From positions 4,900,001 to 4,964,000 of the forward strand of contig CM075993.1 in assembly GCA_038087875.1 (NCBI GenBank): a stretch of 64,000 nucleotides of DNA, given 5' to 3'. The notes under the pieces were generated by a model. That model ran no database searches, was not told the DNA's origin, and was given only the letters and a program-made list of their open reading frames with translations. This document shows positions 11,092-22,764 of the stretch, one piece after another; positions within the stretch are counted from its first letter, which is position 1, and each line of letters opens with the position of its first letter. Position numbers and translations under genes: made by a program. Source of the stretch: Malacoraja senta. Lineage: Eukaryota.

Positions 11092-11335
11092 ATTTCAGGT
11101 AGTCCCTGCTTTCTCCTTCTTTCCCCTCCCCTTCCCAGCTCTCCCACATCCCACTGTCTCCGCCTCTTCCTTTCTTCTTCCCGCCCCCCCCCCCCACCCT
11201 CACATCAGTCTGAAGAAGGGTCTCGACCCGAAACGTCGCCTATTTCCTTCGCTCCATAGATGCTGCCTCACCCGCTGAGTTTTTCCAGCATTTTTGACTC
11301 CCTTCGATTTTCCAGCATCTGCAGTTCCTTCTTAA
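11092..11335 (+). mobile_element. Penelope-like 3' terminal fragment with intact hammerhead core
   Basis: AATTTCAGGTAG ORF end and C-rich tract, then CTGAAGAAGGGTCTCGACCCGAAACGTC. Confidence 0.8.
11210..11237 (+). ncRNA. Minimal type-I hammerhead ribozyme motif (representative copy)
   Basis: CUGAAGA, A, stem II GGGU-CUCG-ACCC, GAAA, palindromic ACGU stem III, GUC cleavage triplet. Confidence 0.7.
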
Positions 11336-11666
11336 CCTGCAACAATGAGGATGTTACCCGTGCTGTCGCAACTCATTTCCCCACCAAAAACTATGAATAT
11401 ATTATGTAATATCCATATATACTAGATTCCACGACAATCTTTGCCACACTGCTCTTTCACACAGCCATTATACTTATCTTTAACATTCCAAGATTCCATT
11501 ATCATTAAGGTTCCAAGATGGCGCCCAACACAGGCGACTATCTGCCCGCTCGCCACAGAAGCAGATCCTCTTAGTTCTCTACTCCGACAGCAACATTTTA
11601 AACTTTAACTATGATCTTCTTAAACTCCTCTCAGATCAGTCCTTACTTCGACTCCTGGAAGTGTCA

Positions 11667-11874
11667 AGGGCCTGTCCCACTTACGCGATTTTCTTTCGGC
11701 GACATGTCGCGGGGTGACGCCTGTTTGGTCGTGAGTAGTCGCCCAAAGAGTCGTACCTTTTTCTGGTCGCCGCTGGATTTTCAACATGTTGAAGATTTTC
11801 GGCGACCTGCTGCGACGACTATGACGGGTGCCGGCAAGTCGCCGAAAAAAAATCGTGTAAGTGGGACAGGCCCT
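11667..11874. mobile_element. PIF/Harbinger-type MITE
   Basis: TIRs AGGGCCTGTCCCACTTAC(G/A)CGATTTT; flanks TCA/TTA. A truncated relative lies at 22765-22922. Confidence 0.8.
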
Positions 11875-12584
11875 TTATTCCCTTATCATGTACACTGTAA
11901 ATGGATCGACTGTAATCATGTATTGTCTTTCTGCTGACTGGAGAGCACGCAACAAAAAGCTTTTTGCACTGCACCTCTGTACTTGCCAGGTTTTGTCCCA
12001 CCCCCACTTCTCTTCCAGCTTTCTTCTCCCCCCCCCCCCAATCACAAATCGTCTGAAGAAGGGTCTTGCCCTGAAAAGGCACCTATCTATGTTCTCCAAA
12101 GATGGTGCCTGATCCACTGAGTTACTCCAGCACTTTGTGTCCCTTAAAAAAAAAAAAAAAAGTACATTATGAATTCGTCAAAGGCTGCTCACCCCAAATT
12201 AAAAAAACAAAAAATTGCTGGAAACACTTAGCAGGTCAGACAGCATCTGTGGAAAGAGAATCAAATTTCCAAGTTGAAAGCCCTTCGTGACACAATTGCT
12301 AAATGCTTATCACCGATTTTGAGCTGGATTCTCCTGGCAAGTAAAGGTCTCTGCTTTCAATTTAACCTCTGCCATCATCTCCCTTGGTGATCGTACACTA
12401 GTGCCTGTGAAGTGTCTGTGACTGCGAAAGCAGATTGCGAGCACTCGTAGCTTGAAGCTGGGAAAATGTACCTTTCCGGTAACCTTTCCGGGCCGTGGAA
12501 TGACAATGCTTCTGCCCTCTCCACAAGGTCAACAACAATTAGAATAATCAGCGTCGATTTCCCAGACATTCTCATGGAAATCAA

Positions 12585-12586
<2 letters not shown>

Positions 12587-12637
<51 letters not shown>
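12587..12637. repeat. (CA)n microsatellite
   Basis: Direct observation. Confidence 0.97.
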
Positions 12638-12639
<2 letters not shown>

Positions 12640-13086
12640 CTTCAGCAACAGTACAGCAGGAAGAGGGTTAGTGTGCACAGTCGTTTTACACGCTGTGTAT
12701 AAGAGGCTCTCAGATGCTTTGTAACTTGACCCCTGCTTTTTCTCTTTGAAACAAAGATCAAACCATTTTCAGTTACTAAATCTTCTAGCCGCATGAGTGT
12801 AATAGATTATCTTTTACTGCCGAGCATCAAATTCCCCTTTTAACTAATGTTCTGGAAATAAGTTCCTGGCTCCCAAACAGTTAGCAACAATCATTGAATA
12901 TTTGGAAATGATGTGGTTGCTTTGATTATCATTAAACACACACACACACACACACTTGGTCCCAGGGACGACATGAAATCATTAATACATCTCCATAGGA
13001 AATAACTACTGAATATTTTTTTGCAGAATGCTGTTTTTGTTAATTCCTCTGCATTTTCTGTTTCCATTACTAGTAAGAACTCTGTT

Positions 13087-13447
13087 TTTGATGGAATAAT
13101 AATAATAATAATGGATGGGATTTATATAGCGCCTTTCTAATACTCAAGGCGCTTTACATCGCATTATTCATTCACTCCTCAGTCACACTCGGTGGTGGTG
13201 AGCTACTTCTGTAGCCACAGCTGCCCTGGGGCAGACTGACGGAAGCGTGGCTGCTAATCTGCGCCTACGGCCCTTCCGACCACCACCAATCACTCACACA
13301 CATTCACACACATTCACACGCAGGCAAAGGTGGGTGAAGTGTCTTGCCCAAGGACACAACGACAGTATACACTCCAAGCGGGATTCGAACCGGCTACCTT
13401 CCGGTTGCCAGCTGAACACTTAGCCCATTGCGCCATCTGTCGTCCCA
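13087..13447 (-). mobile_element. tRNA-derived CORE/Mermaid-type SINE with L2-like tail and (TTA)n end
   Basis: Minus strand shows A-box TGGCGCAATGGG, B-box GGTTCGAATCC, GTGTCCTTGGGCAAGACACTT core motif and tail AAAGCGCCTTGAG..GGCGCTATATAAAT. Confidence 0.75.
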
Positions 13448-14097
13448 AATGAAAAATATAGCACGGAAATAGGCCCTTCGGCCCACCAAAGATAGACACA
13501 AAAAGCTGGAGTAACTCAGCGGGACAGGCAACAACTCTGGAGAGGAGTGGATGGCGTTTCGGGTCGAGACCTTCGGCCCACCGGGTCCGCGCTGACCAGC
13601 CAACCCCGCACATTAATACTATCCTACACACACTGGCAACAATTTAACCAAGCCAATTAACCTACAAACCTGTACATCTGTGGAGGAAATGGACAAATGA
13701 TGTTTTGGATCGGGACCCTAACACGGACTGATGGTAGTAATGGGTGGAGAAAGCTGGAAAAGAGGGGGTAAGGTGGGAGGGCAAAGCTTTGCAAATGGTA
13801 GATGGATAAGATGAGGAAGGGTGGGGGGGTGGTTGACAGATGAGTGGAGTAAGTGACAAAAGCTAGTTGAAAAGGAGACAGAGGGGGTGTCAGATATCGA
13901 GAATAGGATGGAAATATACAGCTAGAGGGAGGAATATGGGATGGATTGGGGAGGGGAAAGGAACAGGGTGACTTTTATATTGCACAACAGCTTTGTGTAA
14001 GAAGGAACTGCAGATGCTGGTTTAAACCCAAGATAGACACAAAAAAAGTAATTCAGTGGGTTAAGTAAGGCAGCATCCCTGGAGAGAAGGAATGGGT

Positions 14098-14125
14098 GAC
14101 GTTTCGGGTCGAGACCCTTCTTCAG
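14098..14125 (-). ncRNA. Minimal hammerhead ribozyme motif, intact core
   Basis: Reverse complement reads GGT-CTGAAGA-A-GGGT-CTCG-ACCC-GAAA-CG-TC-ACC. Confidence 0.65.
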
Positions 14126-14946
14126 ACCAAAACACTTTATCGTATTGTAAGCAAATTGACTACCTGGAAGCCTAACGATTAAAATGTTGTTTTTTTAATG
14201 ATATCTGGATGCACAGCTTGTATTTGGCTTCAGCCATAACTACTCATGTTCTCCAAAGGATCGATTCTGCTCGGCTCTGCGCTGGATAGTGCAGGAGTTG
14301 GGAGGGGGGAGGGGACGGTACTTGGCTGAAGTGTCACCCTGACCCCATTACGGTCACTGCAGCCTGGCACCAGTGGCAGGCTGGGAGGGTGTTGCACTGA
14401 GTGTTCTGTTAAATTTCAGCTGCAAACAGGCTGGAGCCCTGCCTCAAACAGCGAGGGCAAAACCTGACACTGCAGAATACAGCCACAAATAAAGGAAGTT
14501 AACCACAGGCATAAAGGAAGAATTTGCATTTCTATCGAACTTTCCTTGACTCTGGAACTTTTAAGGCCTTCATTGTGTGAATGCCGTTTTGTGGTGTGGT
14601 CTACTGACCTTTGATCAGAAACTGGACTGAAATTGTTGACCTGCAATTGTAAACCTTCGCTGACCATTAATTCACATCTGACCCATTTTAGTTAGGTTTG
14701 GACTAGAGACACGGCATTAGAAGCCGACCCAAGTCGATTGAGTGCGATTTATCCATTCACAGTAGACACAAAATGTTGGAGTAACTCAGCGGGTTAGGCA
14801 GCATCTCTGGAGAAAAGGAATAGTTGATGTTTCGGGTCGAGACTTTTCCTTGACCAGTCTAATGCCGAGTTACTCTAGTATTTTGTGTCTATCTTCAGTG
14901 TAAACTGGCATCTGCTGTTCCTTCCTACACACTAGTTCTATGTTTA

Positions 14947-15370
14947 GAAACATAGAAAATAGGTGCAGGAAATTCGGCCCTTCAAGCCAGCACCGCCATT
15001 CATTGTGATCATGGCTGATCGTCCCCTATCAATAACCCGTGCCTGCCTTCTCCCCATTGATTCCACTAGCCCCTAGAGCTCTATCTAACTCTCTCTTAAA
15101 TCCATCCAGTGATTTGGCCTCCACTGCCCTCTGTGGCAGGGAATTCCATAAATTCACAACTCTCTGGGTGATTTTTTTTTTTCTCACCTCAGTCTTAAAT
15201 GACCTCCCCTTTATTCTAAGACTGTGGCCCCTGGTTCTGGACTCGCCCAACATTGGGAACATTTTTCCTGCATCGAGCTTGTCCAGTCCTTTTATAATTT
15301 TATATGTTTCTATAAGATTTCCCCCTCATCCTTCTAAACTCCAGTGAATACAAGCCTAGTCTTTTCAATC
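14947..15370 (-). mobile_element. CR1 LINE 3' fragment
   Basis: RTRGHSLRIKG..TQRVVNLWNSLP motif plus tail. Confidence 0.88.
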
Positions 15371-15610
15371 TTTGTTTTGTGGGAGGAAACTGGAGCACCC
15401 GGAGAAAACCCATGGGGTCACAGGGATGTTTTTGCAAGGTTTTATATCACCATTAAGCAGAGGGCTCAACACTGTGGGTATAAAGCTCAATTTTTCTTTT
15501 CTCTGGATTTATATTTGTGTCTCCTCTCCGAGTTTTTCTTCTTTGAAGGTGTTGGGGTCGACTACCGCTTGCAACCCAACCACCTCACTCAGGCTAGTTT
15601 ACTGGGATGT

Positions 15611-16017
15611 CATCATCGGCAGTCACTCGAAACGAGTATGAGTGTCCTCTTTCGGAAGGACGCCTGTGCGTGACTTTGTTTAACGTGGGGAGACTGGTGC
15701 ACAGACAGCCACCTCACGGTCCTTGACGGATCTGGATCGGGATCCAGTGGCATGGAGTCCAAGATGACCGGGGACCCATTTCTGCTGCAGCCTTCATCCG
15801 CCTTCCCAGCCGTTGTGACGCTCCACTAAAGTCAGCCATCGTCCTCCGCCTGCTCCACCGTTGAGGTCTTGGTTGGATTGCTCTTTGGCAGGGACCTCCC
15901 CCTCGACCTTACCGCCATGGGTGGCCCTACCAGGAGCATAGCTCCAGACGGCATCGCTCTCAGGATCTCAGGACAACACGAGCTTCTCCACCACGGCAAG
16001 GTGACAATCCACGGAGA
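15611..16017 (-). mobile_element. Bipartite non-autonomous RTE-type retroposon (RTE 5' UTR-like head + GAT tail)
   Basis: Minus strand begins GTCACCTTGCCGTGGTGGAG..GATCCTGAGAGCGATGCC, resembling RTE/Expander 5' UTRs; no coding region. Confidence 0.6.
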
Positions 16018-16477
16018 TACGTCAGAGCAGAAGGCCACCTCATCAGCAGAGGGTGCTGGCCAGGCAGATACGCTGGACAATTCCTGTCCAGAATTGGCCT
16101 GGAGGCGCACAGCCCAATGATATGATCACTCAATCCTCCCATTTTAAGTTACCCCCAGCCCTTATATCTAGTCCCCCTTCCCTGGCGCACACCCATTTCT
16201 CACACCATCCTTCCCAGTCAACCTGCTCCTTTCCCATTCTCTGTACACTGACCTCCCATCCCTCATTTGCCCTATATTCCCACTCCACCCATATCCCTCC
16301 CTCCTGCTTGATCTTTCACTCCTCCTTCTCTCTCCTTGTCTGTTATGCTTTTGTCTCTTTTTCACCTCTGGCCTGTGTCACTTGCTTCCACCCATCTTCC
16401 AATCACTCCCCACCCCACCTCTCACCTGTATCTTCCCCCCCCCCCCCATCACTTGCCAGGCTTTGTCCCGTCCTCAC

Positions 16478-16690
16478 CAGCATCATCGAGGACCCACACC
16501 ATCCTGGCCACGATCTCATGTCACTCCTGCCATCGGGAAGGAGGTTTCGGTGCCCATAAATTAACGTCCAGGTTCAGGAGCAGCTTCATCCAAACCACCC
16601 TCAAGCTATTAAACACTCCGAACTCCAACTAAACTCCAAACTACCTTGATTACATTGGGACTTTGGGCTTTGTTTTTGCACTATATATAT
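16478..16690 (+). mobile_element. Rex1/Babar-like LINE 3' fragment
   Basis: SIIEDPHHPGHDLMSLLPSGRRFR motif; related pieces at ~2050-2160 (-) and ~32330-32550 (+). Confidence 0.6.
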
Positions 16691-17004
16691 TTTTTTAATT
16701 TATTGAATTAAAAAAAAAAATTTAAATATATTTTTATTAGAAGCAGTGTACAGTAGTATAAAGCATGGCATAGGACATAATACATTTCGTGTACAACTTC
16801 TATTTTAAATTTAACAAAAGAAAGATAACACAAGAAAAAGAAAGCGAGAAAAGGAAAGAGTGAAATAAGTTGTGATGTGTAGGACTGTGGAGTGCCACTC
16901 CAAGGGTTAACAAGTGATAGCTTGTAAAAAAATTAAGAAAAATAAAAAGAAACAGAAGAAAGAAAAAAAATATATTTTTTGTTTATTAGGGTATCAACCG
17001 AGTA

Positions 17005-17805
17005 TAGTCATCCCTTCCCACCCAAACCACCCCCTCCCCTGGTACCTGCCCCTGCAACCGCAGAAGATGCAACACCTGTCGCTATACCTCCTCCATCGAC
17101 TCTGTCTATGGACACCGACATTCCTTCCAGGTTAGGCAGAGGTTCACTTGCATCTCCTCCAACCTCATCTATTTTGTAACCGCTGTTCAAGATGTGGACT
17201 CTTATACATTGGCGAGACCAAACGCAGATTGGGCGATCGTTTCGCTGAAACACCTTCGCTCAGCCCAACCTGATCTCCCAGTTGCTGGACACTTACATTT
17301 CACTGTACATCTTGTATGTGTATGTGACAAATAAAGTTGACTTTAATTCTCCTTCCCATTCCTACACAGACCTTTCTGTCCTCGGTCTCCTCCATTGTCA
17401 GAGTGAGGCTAAACGCATATTGGAGGAACAGCATCTCATATTTTGCTTGTGCAGCTTACAGCCCAGTGGCATGAATATTGATTTCTCTCACTTCAGGTAG
17501 CCTCGGCATTCCCTCTCTCTCTATCCGTCCCCCACCCAAGTCACACTAGTTTCTCATTTTCACCCTACAAACATCTGACAATGGCCCGTTTCCTCCATCA
17601 TCATTACTTTTTTGCATATCTTTCATTCATTGTTCTTCACATCTCCACATCACCATCTATATCTCTCGTTTCCCTTATCCCTAACCAGTGTGACCGGAAA
17701 CGTCACCCATTCCTTCTCTCCAAAGATGCTGCTTGTCCCGCTGAGTTACTCCAGCTTTTGGTGTCCATCTTCAGTTTAAACCAGCATCTGTAGTTCCTTT
17801 TTACA
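17005..17805 (+). mobile_element. Degenerate Penelope-like element (GIY-YIG remnant + terminal repeat)
   Basis: ..LLYIGETKRRLGDRF.., FNSPSHSYTDLSVLGLLHCQSEAKRILEEQHLIF. Confidence 0.82.
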
Positions 17806-18048
17806 GATAATATTTTGTTGTGCTGCTGCAAGTAATAATTTCATTATTCCATTTCGGGACTCCTGACACAAAAATATTCTTCACTCTTTACCTCTTTTCC
17901 AGTATACTCCCCCTACCCAGAGTCTGAAGAAGGAACCCGACTCAAAATGTCATCTGTCCATTTCCCTCCCCACCCATGCCTTCAACTCTCCTCTCCTCTA
18001 TAAACCTTCAAGGTGAAACCAAGTAGCCCAACACTAAACAGCATCTAA

Positions 18049-18569
18049 AGGGGCTGTCTCACTTGGGGCGACCTAGTTTAGAAGAGTTTGAAAAAATGAC
18101 ATGTTGAAGACCTCCTTCAACTATGTAGAAGACCTCCTTCGACTATGTTGAAGACCAGCTTCGACTAGCTACGACTAACTTCGGGAAAATTGGACACCGA
18201 ATAGTGGAGAGTGAACACGACCTCCTTCGATCTCCTTTTGACCTCCAACCTTTCTTCGACTATGATGAAGACTATCTACGACTACCTTCGACTACCCTCG
18301 ATTACCTACGACTAACATGCCGACCTACAACGACTAAACAAAAGTATCGTTTTTTTCCATGGCGACCTTTTTTTTACTCGTGGCCATTTTTTAACATATT
18401 GAAAAAGACGCCGCGACCTAGCTGAGGCCTCGAGTACGAGGAGACCACTCTCGAACATGAAGGAGTTACGCAGACCTCCTACGACCTCGTGTCGACCATG
18501 CTGCGAGCATGAGTCGAGGGCAAACTCGCCAGAACTCGCGGATTAGGTCGCCCAAGTGGGACAGGCCCT
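18049..18569. mobile_element. PIF/Harbinger-type MITE
   Basis: TIRs AGGG..TGTC(T/C)CACTTGG..CGACCTA; TAA duplication at 18046-18048 and 18570-18572. The internal CTACGAC repeats are related to 4247-4954 in the opposite orientation. Confidence 0.85.
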
Positions 18570-19544
18570 TAAATATTCCACCTTATTCAATCCACTTAAT
18601 TCTTCGGGTGTTTAAGATCTCCTGGGCAATGGAAGGTGAGCAGGTGAGCTGGGTGAAGCGATGGAAGGCAGAAGGAATTATGGCAGAGAAACACCAGGAG
18701 AAAGAGGTGACCTCTGATGTAAAAAATTCCAGCAACATTTATTTTGAATGCAAAAGATTAATGCAGCTGCTAAAAATCATTACCTTCCCTGAAGCTCAAA
18801 CTGCTTTGAGAAATACTAAACGCTGTCATCATTCACGCTGGTGACTATGACATAAATAATAAGGGATTATACCGCCACACATTTACTGTTCTTATTTAGG
18901 ACCTTAGCAACACCATGTCTGCAAATACCAGGCACATCAGAGATAAACACTCTGAGTTCCCGAGGGACCAAAGTAGTCATGTGTTTAAAGTATTAAAATG
19001 TATTACGAAACACTCTTCACAAACTCAATGGCTCAATGTACTTTACAACAAGTGAAAAGTACTTCAGAAGTAGGGCCATTTGCTACAATATTTCCTACAT
19101 GGCAAATTATTTGTCTGTGGCAAACCCCCATTAAAGGGGAGGAAACAATTGGTGGTGATGATTTTGGGGACAAGGGTCAAATTTTACTTTGAAAAATGTT
19201 GAATAGACGAGAGCTTTGTCAATCATCACCACATCCCACAAAACATGTTTGAAGAAGGGTCCCGACCAGAAATGTCCCCTGTCCATTCCCTCCACAGTTG
19301 CTGCCTGACCTGCTGAGCTCCTCCAGCACTGAAGATGCAGGAATCTTGACCAAAACACAGTTACTTGTTTCTCCAAAACAAAAATCTTCAGGTCAGACAC
19401 AGAGGTGGGAAACTAAGCGGGTCGGACGCCAATTGTGAGGGATTGGATGGGTGACATATCGTATCTGCAGGATCCCATGCCAATATGTCACTTGCTCATT
19501 CCCTCCACAGATGCTGCCCGACCCACTGAGTTCCTTCAGCACAT

Positions 19545-19882
19545 TTGACCGCCCCGGGCCGCGGAGTTTGAACCGGGCCCGTTCGCGGAGCTCGGATTCA
19601 GCCGCGCGGACTTACTTACCATCACCCGGCGGGGTCACAACATCGGAAGCCTGGATCGCCCCAACGCAGAGGGAGAACAAGGAGGGAAGAAAGAGACAAG
19701 GACTTTAAGACTTTTGCCTTCCATCACAGTGAGGAGGGCCCTGGTGGACTCACTGTGGTGGATGTTAAATCTGTGTTTATTGTGTGTTTTGTTATTTTAT
19801 TCTCTGTTATGACTGCAAGGCATGAAATTTTGTTCAGACTGAAAAGTCTGAATGACAATAAAGGAATACAATACAATACAAT
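19545..19882 (+). mobile_element. GC-rich non-coding retroposon fragment with AATAAA and (TACAA)n tail
   Basis: CpG-rich body ending GACAATAAAGGAATACAATACAATACAAT; family not identified. Confidence 0.5.
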
Positions 19883-20366
19883 TTGTATTTTAATCAGAAG
19901 GTGGATGTTTCAAGCATCCAACTGCACTCAAACCAGAGGGGAAAGAAAATAGCACAAGTTCAGTTTCAACAATCTTTATATTCATTAATTCAGTTCACAT
20001 ATCGTATCCTTGCTACAAGGCTGCATTATTTCAAGAGACATTTTAAAACGGTTCATCAGAACTCTCACTACAAATACAGCAAACTGGGAAATAAAATATA
20101 CAATGTAAAATACCTTGATAGTACACAGTAAAACTAAAACAAAATTCAGGTTATAGATTAGAGTTGATGCTTAAATCTTGGAAGATCAGGCTTTTGAAAC
20201 AATTCATAGTTACTTCTGATTATAGTTTCCTTGATTGCTACAGTATTAGTCATTTTTGTACTGTTTAATCTCGACTAGTTATACAGCCTCAGATATAGCT
20301 ATTGTGTGTACACTTGTGAGGATTAACCCCAGCAGCTCAGACTGTAAGATGTGCTTTAAATTTACT

Positions 20367-20783
<417 letters not shown>

Positions 20784-22538
20784 TCAGTGAGAGCAAAGAA
20801 AAAATACATTTCACAAGTTCATTCCATACCTGGGCAACAAGATCACAAACTGATACAGGTGAAGGCAGACACATCTTTGTTCAAGCAGTCCAACCCCAAG
20901 TCCCTTCTAATTATTTTTTTTCCAGTGGGTAAAGCATTTGCATCTTCTCGAGGATGCCCATTCCATTGGCGAGATTGTAGTTACTCGACTAGTAATCTCA
21001 AAATACAAACTAGTGTCCTATTCATTAATGGACAGCAGGGTGACGCCGAGGTAGAGTTGCTGCCTCACAGCGCAAAGAGACCAGAGTTTGATCCTGACTG
21101 CGGGCGCTTGTCTGTACGTTGTCCCGTGACCTGCGTGGGTTTTCTCCGTGTTCGTCAGTTTTCTCCCACACTACAAAGATGTACAGGTTTGTAGCTATTG
21201 GCTCAGTATAATTGTAAATTGTCCCCAGCATGTGTAGGATAGCTGTAATGTGCAGGGATCACTGGTTGGCACGGACTCGGCAGGCCGAAGGGTCTGTTTC
21301 CGTGCTTTAAATCATAAACAACATGCATGTTAACCACCAAAATAGGACAGGGCATTGGCTGCATGCCAAACAGTAGCTGTAATATATAGCACGGCCATTC
21401 TTTGGTTGAGCATTTGTTGAGAGAGGCACTTGTATAGTGGAATAATATGCGAATTACGTAATTGAGGCAAAACTGCTCCACCCAACCTCCTGCTACACAG
21501 TAGGCGCAGAATTGATCACCAGACTCAACTGCACAATCCTTAGCATTAGATCTGCCAAAATATAATGTAACCTTAATGCCTGACTATAGAATGTGGTTTC
21601 AAAAACCTGTAGTACAGCAAATGTTTAATTTATGAAGTGATTGCTATGTTATAAAGCATAGCCTCAAGATTCTTCCCAGAGATAAATACACCAAGCACGC
21701 TAAAGAAATCAGGTGACTATGGATTAGTCAGAGATTAGGTTTTAACAAACATTTTTTTTCAATAAAAGTCGGTACAGACTCGGTGGGCTGAAGGGCCTGT
21801 TTCCACACTGTTTCACTAAACTCCTAACTCCACAACGACAGCCCCCCTAGTCAGGAATGAACCCGGGTCTCTGGTGCTGCGAGGCAGCAGCTCTCCTGCT
21901 GTGCCACTGAATTGCAGGATATATTAGTGTTCCAGGATTTTAATTTGTCCAAGCTGTAACTGACTCCAAAGAATCTCCTGCATGTCCCCTGTTTATAAGC
22001 AACATCGAGGGTTAGCCAAATGAAAACCTCAGATGTTTAAGGAATCTCGATTTCCTGGCAATGCTCAGTTAATCCCATTATAGGAGCAAGCATCAAGTGC
22101 AGAGCCACGTTGACAGTTGGTATCCTTACTGACAGCAGCTGCTGGCATGGTGAACACAAAACCCATACAAAATTGAAAATGCATCAACTGCCAGGAGTGG
22201 ATCAAGACTGCAATCAAATAGATAAGTTCAGACAGCAGTCAACTCAATTTGGCTTCACGCTGGCAATTGCAATGTAATGCAACACCCTTAGATTACCACC
22301 TTATAATAATTTCTGGCCGTGCAGAATTCTAGATTACAGTTATGTCTAACTAAGCACATTGGCTATGGTGATCAAGACTAGTCCCTTCACAATGCAAAAA
22401 CAATGGAGGTTTTGCAATCAGGGATTTAACTGCAAAGGTTAAGATTAGACTTAAATTTATTCAAAGCTGTTGCAAAAATAACACACTATAACTACAAACG
22501 ATTTCAGATAAGGCTCAGGTTTTCTTTTTAACATTGTG

Positions 22539-22764
22539 AGCACGGTGGCGCAGCGGTAGAGTTGCTGCCTTAGAGCGCCAGAGACCCGGGTTCGATCCTG
22601 ACTACGGGCGCTGTCTGTACGGAGTTTGTATGTTCTCTCCGTGACCTGTGTGGGTTTTCTCCGAGATCTTCGGTTTCCTCCCAAACTCCAAAGATGTACA
22701 AGTTTGTAGGTTAATTGGCTTGGTATAAATGAAAACTGTCCCCAGTGTGTGTAGGTTAGTGTAA
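22539..22764 (+). mobile_element. HE1-type SINE interrupted by a Harbinger MITE fragment
   Basis: Full tRNA-like head and V-domain; a MITE TIR begins after TAA at 22765. Confidence 0.82.

Noticed and set aside
15930..16020. HDV-like ribozyme at the RTE-like 5' end
   Set aside because: Only simple hairpins could be drawn; the nested double-pseudoknot pairings and catalytic C could not be assigned by eye.
22539..22610. tRNA genes
   Set aside because: The tRNA-like A/B boxes are heads of HE1 SINEs and continue into the SINE body.
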